A stretch of 64,000 nucleotides of DNA from an uncultured Methanoculleus sp. (GTDB taxonomy: Archaea > Halobacteriota > Methanomicrobia > Methanomicrobiales > Methanoculleaceae): contig CAYPRO010000001.1 in NCBI GenBank assembly GCA_964413225.1, forward strand, positions 143,103-207,102, written 5' to 3'. The position numbers and the translations under genes are program-made. Below are positions 52,103 to 63,188 of the stretch, piece by piece (positions within the stretch are counted from its first letter, which is position 1; each line of letters begins with the position of its first letter). The notes beneath the pieces were generated by a model. That model made no database searches. It was not told the origin of the DNA and saw nothing but the letters and a program-made list of their open reading frames with translations.

Positions 52103-52717
52103 TCACGCATTTAGAGGCTTGTTCCCGGAGTGCGGAGTTCCGGCAATCCGTATGATCCGTTCCCGGATCCCTTCCGGGGAGAGCATCTGGTCCACCCGTC
52201 CGGTCTCGAAGGCGGCGCGGGGCATGGCGTGGATGATGCAGGTCTGGATGGTCTGCGCGAGGGTGACACCCCCGATCGACTTGATGTGCCGGATCCCTTC
52301 GGCGCCGTCGCTCCCCATCCCCGAGAGGATCACCCCGACGAATCGGTCGCTGCCGTTACGCTCAAGAGACATCATGGCGACATCGATCGATGGTCTGGCG
52401 TACTGCACCTTTTCGTCGCTGAAGAGGTGGATGATCCGGTTTCCAGAGAGCTTTAAGTGGAAATCACTCGGCGCCACGTATATCGTGCCGTGCTCGATCC
52501 GTTCTCCGTCCTCACCGATCCTGGCCTCCATCTGTGAGGCCTCCGCAAGGTGCCTGCAGAGAGCGCTGTTGATGTAGTGCGGCATATGCTGGACGATGAT
52601 GATAGTGGCGTCGATGAGCGGGAATCGTGAGAAGATAGTCTCCAGCGTCCGCGGGCCGCCGGTCGATGAACCTATGACCACGATCGTCTGGCTGTCAGGT
52701 TGCGAGGATGTTGCCAT
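52103..52717 (-). CDS. Stand-alone CheB methylesterase domain
   Basis: [25 protein letters not shown]; no receiver domain. Confidence 0.9.
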   Translation of the reverse strand: MATSSQPDSQTIVVIGSSTGGPRTLETIFSRFPLIDATIIIVQHMPHYINSALCRHLAEASQMEARIGEDGERIEHGTIYVAPSDFHLKLSGNRIIHLFSDEKVQYARPSIDVAMMSLERNGSDRFVGVILSGMGSDGAEGIRHIKSIGGVTLAQTIQTCIIHAMPRAAFETGRVDQMLSPEGIRERIIRIAGTPHSGNKPLNA

Positions 52718-52728
52718 TGCGCCTTCCC

Positions 52729-53115
52729 TCATGCGAGGTAATCGAGGTAACCCTTCACGATGGCCACGATCTCGTCTGCTCCAAAGGGTTTTGTGATGTA
52801 GTCGATGACATATTCTTTGAGCGAATCCAGTTCCACATCCGGGATATCCTTTGCCGTGAGCATGGCAACGATGTTTCCCGCCATCAGCCCCCGATCGATC
52901 ATCTCCGCTATCGTCTCCCAGCCGTCCTTATGGGGCATCATGATATCCATAAGTATGACGCCCCGAAACCCTCTCTCCAGTTCTGCGATGCATGCATCCC
53001 CGCTCTCCACGGCGACGACCCTGACGCCCTCCGGTTCGAGGAGCACCTCCATCACCTCGAGAATGGACAGATCGTCATCCACGACCATAACCTGCCGGCA
53101 CGGCACTTCCGCCAT
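52729..53115 (-). CDS. Single-domain response regulator
   Basis: VVDDD, MDIMMPHKDG, LTAK, ITKPF. Confidence 0.92.
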   Translation of the reverse strand: MAEVPCRQVMVVDDDLSILEVMEVLLEPEGVRVVAVESGDACIAELERGFRGVILMDIMMPHKDGWETIAEMIDRGLMAGNIVAMLTAKDIPDVELDSLKEYVIDYITKPFGADEIVAIVKGYLDYLA

Positions 53116-53179
53116 TGTTCCCTCCCCGTTGCCTGGTAGTTCTCTCACCCGGGCCGGGATATAAACCTATGGATTCATA

Positions 53180-55033
53180 TCACGCATCGTCTGCTGCGGG
53201 AAGAGAGAATATGATGCGTGAGCCCATCCCTTCACCGTCGCTCTCGGCCCATATGCGCCCCCCGTGACGCTCGACGATCCGCCTGCAGATGGTAAGGCCG
53301 AGGCCCGGGGAGTCGAGTTCGTGCCGGGAGGAGTCGGCCTTGTAGAACTCGATGAACGCCCGGTCGAGCTGAACGCGGGTCATGCCTATCCCGGTATCCC
53401 TGACCGCGACGACCACGACCCCGGCCTCGCGGGCGGCGTCGATGCAGATGGTCCCGGCCCCGTTCTGCGTATACTTGATGGCGTTGGCGATCAGGTTATC
53501 GAAGATCTCGCCGAGGAGAACCCGGTCAGCCCTGACGATGATCATTGGCGGGACGTTGTTCTCGAAGGTTATGGCCTTTGCCTTAAACAGGATTGCGTAG
53601 TTACGGAGGATGCTGTTCAGTTCGGTGCGCAGGTTCAGAGGCTCAAGATCGAGCTCGATGTAGAGGGAGTTCATGCGGGCCAGTTTCAGGGTCTTCTCGA
53701 CCAGATCCTTCATGTAGGTGACGTTGCGGTCGGTTATATCAAGAAGGCGCCTCAGCCGCGGGTCCTGTTCTTGCTGCAAGATCCGGGGCATGAGCGCGAC
53801 CAGAGGGGTTAACGGTGTCTTTAAGTCGTGTCCGAGCTGCGATATGAACTCGTCCTTCTGGGTGAGGAGTTTCTCCACGTCAGCGGTTCGTTCCCTGACC
53901 ATCTCATCGAGGTCTTTGTTGACGACAGAGAGCTGGCTTCGCAGCACCTCCAGTTCACGGTTCTTGGCCTGGAGGTTGCCGGCAAACCCTTTGAGCGCCT
54001 CCTCCGCCTGGACGCGCTGGGTGATGTCGAGCCCTAGCTGCAGCATCAGGCACGACCCGTCCATATCGATGAACGGGTAGGCGTGAACCTCGTATGTCTT
54101 CCCGTTCGAGTGGTCCCACTCCCACATCTGCGGGTTCTTGAGCGAAAAGATGAGCGATCCCCGGCAGGGGCTGCACGGTCTGGAGGAACCGCGCTGCAGA
54201 TCGTAGCAGGTCCTGCCCTCTGGATCGCCAAACGTCTCCCGAAACGCCCTGTTGGCGAACCGGAAGGTGAAATCCTCGTTCTGCAGGGTGACGTAGGCGG
54301 GAAGGGTGTCCAGGATCGAGAAGAGGCGGCGGCGCTCGGCGTCAAGGGCGGCCTCCGCCTCCCTGTAACGGGTCACCTCCGATACCCGGCAGGATATGAT
54401 ATCGCCGCCGAGATAGCATCCGGAGAGGATGAACCAGCGCGAAGAGTCATCCCGGCCGATGAATTCTGTCTCGACGGTCACGGTCGCACCGTCCGGTTTT
54501 ACCCGGCCAGAGAACTGCTCGCGGTCACCAGGATGCGGCCAGATCCGCGAGAGGGGCAGATCTTGCAGATCTTCTTTCGCGTAGCCAAGGGTCTTTGCGA
54601 AGTTCTCGTTTGCCCCCGCTATCGTGCCATCCCCGCGTCGGATGAGAAACGCGCCGCCAGGAGCCCACTCCACGGTCTCCCGGCAGCGGGCCGGGCACCC
54701 GATAGCACTCGCAAGCGACGCGAGGGCGATCATGGCGACGAGTGGGAGGAGGAAGGAGACTGACCCGGTGTATGCGTGGAGCGACGCGATGCCGAGGCAG
54801 GCAAACCCGAGTACGGCGGCAGCCGCGATGCCCTTCTCGCGGTAGTGGTAGCCGGCGAGTGCGGCGGATATGAAGAGGAGGGGCCAGAGGATGAGGGCGG
54901 TGCCGGGGGACGCCACGAAGAGCGCAGCAAGAACCGCTGTAAGCGAGGTGCCTGCGACCAGGACCGTTGCGTATCTCCCGCCCTCTCCTCGGGGGAGGGA
55001 TCGGTGGAGGATCTCCGCTCTGTGGGGCGCCAT
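53180..55033 (-). CDS. Membrane PAS-domain sensor histidine kinase
   Basis: N-terminal TMs, two PAS domains, HDLKTPL, NAIKY, DTGIG, GLGL. Confidence 0.93.
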   Translation of the reverse strand: MAPHRAEILHRSLPRGEGGRYATVLVAGTSLTAVLAALFVASPGTALILWPLLFISAALAGYHYREKGIAAAAVLGFACLGIASLHAYTGSVSFLLPLVAMIALASLASAIGCPARCRETVEWAPGGAFLIRRGDGTIAGANENFAKTLGYAKEDLQDLPLSRIWPHPGDREQFSGRVKPDGATVTVETEFIGRDDSSRWFILSGCYLGGDIISCRVSEVTRYREAEAALDAERRRLFSILDTLPAYVTLQNEDFTFRFANRAFRETFGDPEGRTCYDLQRGSSRPCSPCRGSLIFSLKNPQMWEWDHSNGKTYEVHAYPFIDMDGSCLMLQLGLDITQRVQAEEALKGFAGNLQAKNRELEVLRSQLSVVNKDLDEMVRERTADVEKLLTQKDEFISQLGHDLKTPLTPLVALMPRILQQEQDPRLRRLLDITDRNVTYMKDLVEKTLKLARMNSLYIELDLEPLNLRTELNSILRNYAILFKAKAITFENNVPPMIIVRADRVLLGEIFDNLIANAIKYTQNGAGTICIDAAREAGVVVVAVRDTGIGMTRVQLDRAFIEFYKADSSRHELDSPGLGLTICRRIVERHGGRIWAESDGEGMGSRIIFSLPAADDA

Positions 55034-55062
55034 CAGACCTTACTGATCTGAGGGACCCCGGA

Positions 55063-55599
55063 TCATTTATGACTCTCGGATCTGTTGCCGCTCCTGCTTG
55101 CCTCAAGAGCTCCTGTGAGCGGTCCGGCGCCCGTCTCCCCCATCCTGCAGAGGAGGAGCGCGGCTCGTTCCTGTTTCTGTGGGTCCGGGCTCCGCATCAG
55201 GCGGAGGAGCGGTTCGACCGCCGGCTCTCCGATCTTGCAGATAGCCATCGCGGCGAACGGCTGGAGGGCGGGGTCAGCGCCCTCTATGATGCTTATGAGC
55301 GGCTCAACGGCCGCCTCTCCGATACCGGCCAGGGCCGCCGCGGCGTATCGCCGGAAGTCCCGATCTTCCCTGTCACGCATAGCCGCAATGAGGGGAGCGA
55401 TGGCGGGCTTTCCAATCTGCACCAGCGCGCGGGCGGCATACCATCGGAGGTCGTTGTCGCCGTCCAGCATCGCGGCGATCAGCGGCTCGACCGCTGCCTC
55501 CCCCCTCGCCCCGAGTTCAGCAGTCGCCACCCGCCGCTCTGCGAGGGAGCCATTCCGGAGATCGGCAACCAGTTCATCGATCCGGGTCTCGTCAGTCAT
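55063..55599 (-). CDS. HEAT (PBS lyase-like) repeat protein
   Basis: Repeated A..AL..IG..AVEPL. Confidence 0.88.
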   Translation of the reverse strand: MTDETRIDELVADLRNGSLAERRVATAELGARGEAAVEPLIAAMLDGDNDLRWYAARALVQIGKPAIAPLIAAMRDREDRDFRRYAAAALAGIGEAAVEPLISIIEGADPALQPFAAMAICKIGEPAVEPLLRLMRSPDPQKQERAALLLCRMGETGAGPLTGALEASRSGNRSESHK

Positions 55600-55625
55600 A
55601 CCGTTCAGGTGCTCCTTTTGCGGTG

Positions 55626-56831
55626 TTATGTCTTCCTGATGCTGCCAAGAGCCTCTCGGGCAGCCTGCCGCACCTCCTCCCGCCCGTCGTCGAGCGCCCG
55701 GATAAGGGCATCGGTGGATCGGGGGTCCCCGATAACTCCGAGGGCTGCCGCCGCTCCCCTGCGGATGCGCCAGTCGCCGTCACCGAGCGCCACATCGAGC
55801 GCCGCGACGGCGGGCCGCCCGATCTGATCGAATGCGGCGGTCACCTCCGGCAAAATGTCCGCCTCTCCGGCCCGGATGGCCGAGAGGAGGGCAGGGATGG
55901 CCGGCTCCCCTATATCCCCGAGAGCACCCGCCGCCCGGTGCCGGACCTCCTCATCCGGATCGTTGAGGGCGCCTACGAGGGCAGGGGCAGCGCCCTGGCC
56001 CCCGAGCCTCCCGAGCGCCAGCGCCGCCGCCCCCCTGATCCGGCCGCTCCCGGCGCCGAGGCTGGCGATGAGCACCTCCCGCGCGGGCTCCCCGATGGCC
56101 GCAAGAGCGAGGGCCGCCCGACTCCTGACATAGGCATCCTCGTCATCGAGCGCCGCAACAAGCGCCGGGACCGCCGCCGGGTCGCCTATATCCCCGAGAG
56201 CGACCGCGGCCATCCACCGGACATCCAGATCCTCGCTCTTCAGGCTCGCCGCAAGCGGCTCTACGGCCGGAGAACCCAGTCTCCCGAGCGCCTCCGCCGC
56301 CTTCCAGCGCACACCGCTCTCAGGGTCGGAAAGAAGGGCGGCGAGCGGCAGGACAGCGGCGGGATCGCCCGCACCGCCGAGGCATCCGGCCGCTTCGTAA
56401 CGGGTATCCGGGTTTTTGCTCGATAACCGGGAGATCAGCCTCCTTGTATTCCGGTCGCATGCAATCGGATCGGAATCGCCGGCACGGAAATGTTTGTTCC
56501 CGGCCCGCCGGCCAACGACATCGAAGAAGTAGCCGAGAACGTAGGGAACGACGATGAGCATCCCTGCACGCACAAACGTATTTACGGTCACCTGCCCGGC
56601 AACGATGTACGTGGCGGCGATGTGGAGCACCGCAGCCACTATTCCCGGGTACACCGCAGACCGCCGGTACCAGTACGCGGCCGGGATGAGCACGATGTAG
56701 AGGAGATCGGTATACGGGAGATCGATGCCCGTGAGTATGCGGGCGGCGGCCCCCAGGAGGACGATGAGCACCGCAGTCAGGACGATGATCGCAGGCCTGC
56801 TCCATGCCGGTCCCGCAAACCTCATATCCAT
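55626..56831 (-). CDS. Membrane-anchored HEAT repeat protein
   Basis: N-terminal TM bundle, then many VR..AA.ALG repeats. Confidence 0.88.
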   Translation of the reverse strand: MDMRFAGPAWSRPAIIVLTAVLIVLLGAAARILTGIDLPYTDLLYIVLIPAAYWYRRSAVYPGIVAAVLHIAATYIVAGQVTVNTFVRAGMLIVVPYVLGYFFDVVGRRAGNKHFRAGDSDPIACDRNTRRLISRLSSKNPDTRYEAAGCLGGAGDPAAVLPLAALLSDPESGVRWKAAEALGRLGSPAVEPLAASLKSEDLDVRWMAAVALGDIGDPAAVPALVAALDDEDAYVRSRAALALAAIGEPAREVLIASLGAGSGRIRGAAALALGRLGGQGAAPALVGALNDPDEEVRHRAAGALGDIGEPAIPALLSAIRAGEADILPEVTAAFDQIGRPAVAALDVALGDGDWRIRRGAAAALGVIGDPRSTDALIRALDDGREEVRQAAREALGSIRKT

Positions 56832-56891
56832 GCATGAGATTCGGTTGTAGAGGTAAAAGGATATGCCGGGGTTCCCGCCCGGCCCGTGGCC

Positions 56892-57428
56892 TCACCGCTG
56901 CTCTGCAGCCGCGGCCTCCGCCCTGAGTCTTACAAGCGACGCCCTGACAAATGCAGGAATATCGTCGGGATCCCTGCTTGAGATCAGGTTGCCGTCGACC
57001 ACCACTTCCTGATCGATATACTCCGCACCGGCGTTCCTGATATCCTGGGCGACGGATTTCCACCCGGTGATCCGGCGGCCCGAGAGGGCCTGCGCCGTGA
57101 TCAGGAGCTGGGGCGCGTGGCATATCAGAAGGACCGGCTTGCCGCTCTCGACGAACTCCCGCACGAAATCCACGGGCGCATCATGGGCCCGGAGTTTGTC
57201 GGGCGAGTAACCGCCCGGTATGAAGAGCGCATCGAAGTCATCCACCGACACATCGGAGACGGCGCGGTCGATCGTGACCTCGGCCTCCCCCTTCTTTCCA
57301 AAAACGGTCTTCCCGGCAGAGAGACCGACGTTGATGATATCGTGGCCGGCCTCCCGGAATGCCTCCGCGGGTCTGGTGTACTCGACATCCTCAAACATAT
57401 CCGTTATAAGGACCGCTATTCGGCTCAT
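56892..57428 (-). CDS. PfpI/DJ-1 family protease/deglycase
   Basis: FEDVEY, IPGGYSPD, ICHAPQ. Confidence 0.92.
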   Translation of the reverse strand: MSRIAVLITDMFEDVEYTRPAEAFREAGHDIINVGLSAGKTVFGKKGEAEVTIDRAVSDVSVDDFDALFIPGGYSPDKLRAHDAPVDFVREFVESGKPVLLICHAPQLLITAQALSGRRITGWKSVAQDIRNAGAEYIDQEVVVDGNLISSRDPDDIPAFVRASLVRLRAEAAAAEQR

Positions 57429-57588
57429 TCTCACTCCTCCCCGGGCCGGAGACGGCCCGGTCACCCCGAGATCCTTCGGGAGATATAATGTTACCGGCAA
57501 AGTCCGGCCTCCCCGTCCTTGCAGACATTCTGAGGGCGTCGGAACGGTATCTATACTTTTTTATGGGCTGTTGCAGAACTGGAGAAGT

Positions 57589-60309
57589 ATGGTTGTGCCG
57601 GCAGAGGATCGGGGCGAGGGTCTACCCGGAGAAGGAAGGGCGTCGCCCGAATGGCATACCCTCTCTCCGGAGAAGGTCCAGCAGGAGCTCGGCACCGGCC
57701 CGTTAGGCCTCTCTGTGGATGAGGCAAAGGCGCGGCTGCAGCGCTACGGGGCAAACGTCCTCCGTGAGGAGGAGAGGGAGACGCGCCTCCAGGTCTTTCT
57801 CCGGCAGTTTGCAAGCATCCTCATCATCATCCTTATCATCGCGGCCGTCGTCTCGTTCATGGTCGGCGAACCCCTGGACGCCGCCGCCATCCTCATCATC
57901 GTCCTCCTGAACGCCATCCTCGGCTTCTCGCAGGAGTGGCAGGCCGGCGAGGCTATAGCGGCCTTAAAGAAGATGCTCGTCCAGCATTCTGCGGTCATCC
58001 GCGGTGGAGAGCGTCAGGAGATCGATGCCGCATCCCTTGTTTTGGGAGACCTCGTCCTCCTCGATATGGGGGAGCGGGTACCCGCCGATCTCTTCATCGT
58101 CGAGGCGACGTCGCTTGAGATCGACGAGGCACCGTTGACGGGCGAATCGCTGCCCGTCGATAAGATGCATGGCGTGCTTTCGGCCGGGACGGCCCTTGCC
58201 GAACGGAGCAACATGGCCTTTGCCGGCACGACGGTGACGAACGGTCACGGGCGGGGGTATGTGGTCGCCACCGGGATGCAGACGGAGTTCGGGCGGATAG
58301 CCGGCCTCTCGCAGCGGGTCGGGAGCGAAGAAACGCCCCTCGCCCGGCAGATGGATCGCCTCGGCCGCGATCTTGGCCTGATCGCGGTCGGTATCGCGAT
58401 CCTCGCTGTCGCCATCGGCCTCCTCCAGCAAAGGGGGATTGTAGATATGTTCCTCGTCGGCGTCTCGCTCGCGGTGGCGGTTATACCGGAGGGGCTCCCG
58501 GCGGTCGTGACGCTGACGCTTGCCATCGGCATCAAGAACATGATGAGGAAGAACTGCCTTATCCGCCATCTCCCGGCATCAGAGACCCTCGGTGCGGTCT
58601 CGGTGATCTGCACCGACAAGACCGGGACACTCACCAAAAACGAGATGACGGTCGTCCGGGTGAGGACGCCTGACGCGGATATTGCGGTCACCGGGGCCGG
58701 GTATTCCCCCGAAGGGGAGTTCCTCCGCGATGGGAGCGCCATTGACCCCCTCGCAGAGGCGGGGCTCAGGCTGTTCCTGCGCGCCGTCCTCCTCTGCAAC
58801 CACGCGACGTTCTCTCTCACCGAGGGAGGGTGGCGGATCTTTGGCACCCCTACGGAGGGGTCGCTTGTCGTTGCGGCGGCAAAAGCCGGCCTCTCCCGGG
58901 AGGATGCCCCCGAAGCGATCCGGGAGTTCTCGTTCAATTCGGCCCGGAAGCGGATGACGGTCATATACCGGGAGGCCGACGGCTGCGTCGCCTACGTCAA
59001 AGGGGCGCCGGAGGTCCTCCTCGCGCGGTCGTCCCGGCTCCTCACGGGGGATTTGGCCACCCCGCTCACGGACGACCGCCGCGATGCCATCCTCCGGGAG
59101 ATCGGGGACTACGCTTCGCAGGGGCTCCGGGTGATCGGGGCGGCATACCGCCCGCTCCCCGGCGATCTGCCCCGGACGGCAGAGGCAGTCGAGGAGGACC
59201 TGATCTTCCTCGGCTTTGCCGCGATCGTCGACCCCCCGCGGCCCGAAGCTGCGGAAGCGATCCGGCTCTGCAAGAGCGCCGGGATCGATGTCATCATGAT
59301 CACGGGGGACAACCCTCTGACCGCCTCCGCCATCGCCCGCGACCTCGGCCTCTCAAGTGCGGGGGCGCTCGTCGGGGCCGACCTTGAGAATATGACCGAC
59401 GACGACCTTGCCCGCCGGCTCCGGACGACAAAGGTCCTCTCAAGGGTCACGGCAGAGCACAAACTCCGGGTGATCGGCCTCCTCTCGCGGGAGGGGGCGG
59501 TCATCGCCATGACAGGGGACGGTGTCAACGATGCTCCGGCGTTGAAGAAGGCGAGCATCGGTATAGCCATGGGGATCAAGGGGACGGATGTCGCAAAGGA
59601 GTCAAGCGACATGGTGCTCGTCGACGATAATTTCGCAAGCATCGTCGCCGGTGTCGAGGAGGGGCGGCGGGAGTACGACAACATAGCCCGGTTCACCCGT
59701 TACCTCCTCTCCTCCAACGTCGGCGAGCTCACCGCGATTGTCGGCGCGCTCCTCCTCGGCCTGCCCCTGATCCTCATCCCCGTCCAGATCCTCTGGATCA
59801 ACCTGATAACCGACGGCCTCACAGCGCTTGCACTCGGCCTTGAGCCGGCTGAGCGGGATGTCATGCGGAGGCGGCCGCGAGACCCGGGCGAGCCCATCCT
59901 GACGCGAAACGCCTACGCCGTCATCGGCGCCATCGGAGTCTGGATCGGCCTCATGACCATATACGCCTTTTCTGGCCACTACGAGGTTGATATCGACCGC
60001 GCGCGAACGATGGCGTTCACCGGGATCATCATATTCGAGCTCTACAACGTCCTGAACTTCCGGTCGTTTAGGTTCCCACTCCACCAGATCGGGTTCTTTT
60101 CAAACCCAGCCCTGATCTATGCCATCCTCGGGAGCCTTCTCCTCCAGGCGGTGGTGGTCTATGTCCCGATCTTCAACACCTTCCTTGGGACCACGCCACT
60201 GGCCCTCGCCGACTGGGGATTCCTTGCCCTCATCGGCCTGCCGGTGCTCTTCGCGGGGGAGGCCTACAAGATCCTCAGGCTGCGAGGCGACAGGGGGGCG
60301 GCGGGCTGA
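57589..60309 (+). CDS. Cation-transporting P-type ATPase (type IIA-like)
   Basis: LTGES, IPEGLP, DKTGTLT, KGAPE, GDGVNDAP. Confidence 0.95.
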   Translation: MVVPAEDRGEGLPGEGRASPEWHTLSPEKVQQELGTGPLGLSVDEAKARLQRYGANVLREEERETRLQVFLRQFASILIIILIIAAVVSFMVGEPLDAAAILIIVLLNAILGFSQEWQAGEAIAALKKMLVQHSAVIRGGERQEIDAASLVLGDLVLLDMGERVPADLFIVEATSLEIDEAPLTGESLPVDKMHGVLSAGTALAERSNMAFAGTTVTNGHGRGYVVATGMQTEFGRIAGLSQRVGSEETPLARQMDRLGRDLGLIAVGIAILAVAIGLLQQRGIVDMFLVGVSLAVAVIPEGLPAVVTLTLAIGIKNMMRKNCLIRHLPASETLGAVSVICTDKTGTLTKNEMTVVRVRTPDADIAVTGAGYSPEGEFLRDGSAIDPLAEAGLRLFLRAVLLCNHATFSLTEGGWRIFGTPTEGSLVVAAAKAGLSREDAPEAIREFSFNSARKRMTVIYREADGCVAYVKGAPEVLLARSSRLLTGDLATPLTDDRRDAILREIGDYASQGLRVIGAAYRPLPGDLPRTAEAVEEDLIFLGFAAIVDPPRPEAAEAIRLCKSAGIDVIMITGDNPLTASAIARDLGLSSAGALVGADLENMTDDDLARRLRTTKVLSRVTAEHKLRVIGLLSREGAVIAMTGDGVNDAPALKKASIGIAMGIKGTDVAKESSDMVLVDDNFASIVAGVEEGRREYDNIARFTRYLLSSNVGELTAIVGALLLGLPLILIPVQILWINLITDGLTALALGLEPAERDVMRRRPRDPGEPILTRNAYAVIGAIGVWIGLMTIYAFSGHYEVDIDRARTMAFTGIIIFELYNVLNFRSFRFPLHQIGFFSNPALIYAILGSLLLQAVVVYVPIFNTFLGTTPLALADWGFLALIGLPVLFAGEAYKILRLRGDRGAAG

Positions 60310-60518
60310 ATCCAGTGTGATCTCCTCCCCGCCTTACCCCCGATGCTGGTGCCGCCAGGTAAACCCTCCTGCCGGCCGGTTCTGACCGGCATGATTAAAG
60401 GAAAACCGTGCATACCTGAGTTCTGCGATTTATCCTCTTCGGGGAGTCCCATGTCCATATATCAGCCTCTCATGATGCGCCCTGCCGCACCGGGCCCTGG
60501 CCGCCGGGGTGACGGGGC

Positions 60519-61799
60519 GTGATCGATCCAGAACTGATCGCCATCGCGATCTTCCTCTTTACATACGCGCTCATCATCGATGAACGGATCCACCGGGCGG
60601 TGGCGGCGATGCTCGGCGCCTCGGTCATCGTCCTCCTCCACATCGTCCCCTGGGAGAAGATCCCGGTCTACATCGACCTCGGCACCATCTTCCTCCTTAT
60701 GGGGATGATGATCATCGTCAATACCGCCCGCGGAAGCGGCCTCTTTGAGTATATCGCAATAAAGACGGCAAAGCTTGCAAGAGGAAGTCCAATGCGGGTA
60801 TTGTTACTCTTCTCGCTCGTGACCGCCGTCATCAGCGCATTCCTCGATAACGTCACCACAGTCCTCCTCATCACCCCGATGCTCCTCTACATAGCAGGCG
60901 TCATGCGGATCACCCCCCTGCCCTTCCTCATCGCCGAGATCTTCGCTTCAAACATAGGCGGGGCGGCAACGCTCATAGGCGACCCGCCGAACATCATGAT
61001 CGGTTCGTCTGCCGGGCTGACGTTCAACGAGTTCCTGGTCAATCTCGCCCCCATCATGGTCGTCAACACCATCGTCGTCATGGGGATGCTTGCCCTTATA
61101 TACCGAAAGGAACTCCACGTCTCGCCCGATGAGAAGGGGGAGATCGAGAAGACATTTGCAGGATTGAACGATCAGGAGGCTATCCGCGACCGATCGCTTT
61201 TCATAAAATCGATCGTCGTCATAGCGCTCGTCATCGGCATGTTCTTCATACACGACCTGCTCGGCCTCGAACCCGCCCTCGTCGCCCTGATCGGCGCCTC
61301 AATCCTCCTCTTCTGGAGCCGGCAGCCTCCTGAGGAGATCCTTGAGAAGATAGAGTGGCCAGCCCTCTTCTTCTTCGGCGGGCTCTTCGTCGTCGTCGGC
61401 GCCCTCGTCGAGACCGGGACGATCGCGGCCGTCGCCGGGTTCGTGGTCGCGAGCGTTCACTCGACGGGCGAGGCCATGCTGATCATCACCTGGTTCTCGG
61501 CGTTCGCCTCGGCGGTCGTGGATAACATCCCCCTCACCGCCACCCTTATCCCGCTCATCCACGATATGGGCGCGTCGATGGATACCTACCCGCTCTGGTG
61601 GGCGCTCTCGCTCGGCGCCTGTCTCGGCGGAAACGGAACGGCCATCGGAGCATCGGCAAACGTCGTCGTGATAGGAATTGCGGCGCGAAACAACATCACC
61701 ATCTCCTTTGTGGAGTTCCTTAAGGTGGGGATGCTCGTGCTCCTTGTCACGGTCGGGATCGGCACCGCCATCCTCTGGCTCAACTTTTTCGTCCTGTGA
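60519..61799 (+). CDS. ArsB/NhaD-family transporter
   Basis: SAFLDNVTT, IGDPPN, GGNGTAIGASAN; multiple TMs. Confidence 0.92.
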   Translation: MIDPELIAIAIFLFTYALIIDERIHRAVAAMLGASVIVLLHIVPWEKIPVYIDLGTIFLLMGMMIIVNTARGSGLFEYIAIKTAKLARGSPMRVLLLFSLVTAVISAFLDNVTTVLLITPMLLYIAGVMRITPLPFLIAEIFASNIGGAATLIGDPPNIMIGSSAGLTFNEFLVNLAPIMVVNTIVVMGMLALIYRKELHVSPDEKGEIEKTFAGLNDQEAIRDRSLFIKSIVVIALVIGMFFIHDLLGLEPALVALIGASILLFWSRQPPEEILEKIEWPALFFFGGLFVVVGALVETGTIAAVAGFVVASVHSTGEAMLIITWFSAFASAVVDNIPLTATLIPLIHDMGASMDTYPLWWALSLGACLGGNGTAIGASANVVVIGIAARNNITISFVEFLKVGMLVLLVTVGIGTAILWLNFFVL

Positions 61800-61895
61800 A
61801 TCGGCCTTACCTGGGCGGCAGAGGTCCGGGATCCCTGACCGACCAGCCACCACGCTTTTCCGGCAACGATCCCCTCCGGGATAAACTCACACCGG

Positions 61896-62165
61896 TTACG
61901 GCATCAGACGCAGATCTTCCACCGCCTTCTTCGCTGCAAGCCTTGCCGCCACCTGTGCGTGCGCAACCGATGCGGCTCGCCGGACCTCTGTATCCGGATC
62001 CGAGAACTTCAACCGCTCAAGCGGTTCGAGCGCCCGCTCGTCACCGACAGTGCCGAGCGCTTCGGCTGCAGCCAGCCGGACGATCCCGGCCGGATCCGCG
62101 AGCGCTCCGATCAGCCCATCGACATTTCGCTTCCGCCGCATGGCATCGATATCTTTCTTCCCCAT
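61896..62165 (-). CDS. Small HEAT repeat protein
   Basis: NVDGLIGAL, VRLAAAEALG, EVRRAA. Confidence 0.8.
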   Translation of the reverse strand: MGKKDIDAMRRKRNVDGLIGALADPAGIVRLAAAEALGTVGDERALEPLERLKFSDPDTEVRRAASVAHAQVAARLAAKKAVEDLRLMP

Positions 62166-62439
62166 CCAGAACCCCTCCGACCTAAAATCTGCGGCGTGAC
62201 TATGGCCCGGCATCTCATCAACGTTTCGGGAGAGGGCAGGGTTCCAGAAGCAGCCCCGGGCTGGTGGCAGCCCTCAAAGCCCCATTGTGACGGACTGGCG
62301 GGGAACATATACCTATATAGCTGGCAGGCATCAACTGCCCCCACTCTGTGAGGCCGGGGCGGTGCTCTGCCGCACGGTCGGAGGGGTGCGGTAAGACTGG
62401 TTCGGCCCGGAGTGATGAAGAACACAGGGTGTGAGACTG

Positions 62440-63123
62440 ATGCAAAGAGCGTTGTTGTTCTACGGGATCCTTGCGGGTATCCTCATAGCCACGTGCGCAT
62501 CAACAGTGACGGCGGTGCCGATAGGGCTGCCGCAGGTCCCGGGAGATCCCGTGGGCCCCACCGTTTCAGGTATGGCAAACAACATCAAGCCCGGGACGGT
62601 TCTGGAGTACGATGCGTCGATCTCTGAGATCGCAACCGATCGGTATGGCATATCGAGTCAATCTCCTGTCATGTCCTTTGACTGGATCATAAAGGTCGAG
62701 GAGGCGTCAGGCGGCTGTTACACGGGAACGGCGGAGATCGTTTCACGTGGTGGTTCAGTAAACAACCAGGTGTACCGGTGGTCGTATGTGGAGGGGCAGC
62801 AGAACCCGGACTGGTTCGGCCCCCCGCTCTGGGTTGACCCCGCGGCCCCGGCTAAGTCTGCGGGGACGTATGGTAACGGCACCTGGCAGCTGCTCGGGGA
62901 CCCCCGTGGCCTGAAGATGCCCAATCCATTTACCGGCGGCGAACAATCCGTGAACCAGATGGAGATGAGAGGTTCGGAGATCCGACGATATATATCGTAT
63001 GATACAGATTACGGGACTGTTCTCCTGTATACAGAGAAGACAGACCGGTACTTCATGTCCTTCTGGTTCCGGCCCCTGAATGCAGGCGGTCTGACCGGGC
63101 CGTTTGAGGGATTGATCCCATAG
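62440..63123 (+). CDS. Secreted hypothetical protein
   Basis: N-terminal hydrophobic signal peptide; beta-rich body. Confidence 0.65.
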   Translation: MQRALLFYGILAGILIATCASTVTAVPIGLPQVPGDPVGPTVSGMANNIKPGTVLEYDASISEIATDRYGISSQSPVMSFDWIIKVEEASGGCYTGTAEIVSRGGSVNNQVYRWSYVEGQQNPDWFGPPLWVDPAAPAKSAGTYGNGTWQLLGDPRGLKMPNPFTGGEQSVNQMEMRGSEIRRYISYDTDYGTVLLYTEKTDRYFMSFWFRPLNAGGLTGPFEGLIP

Positions 63124-63188
63124 CGCACCGGGTCATTCGCCGGTCGGTTTCGATATGGGGCAGTGTCCGGGTTATCCCGGCCCCCCCT

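Noticed and set aside
57220..57588. 123 aa N-terminal extension of the P-type ATPase
   Set aside because: Overlaps the divergent PfpI gene; the ATG at 57589 gives a normal-length protein.
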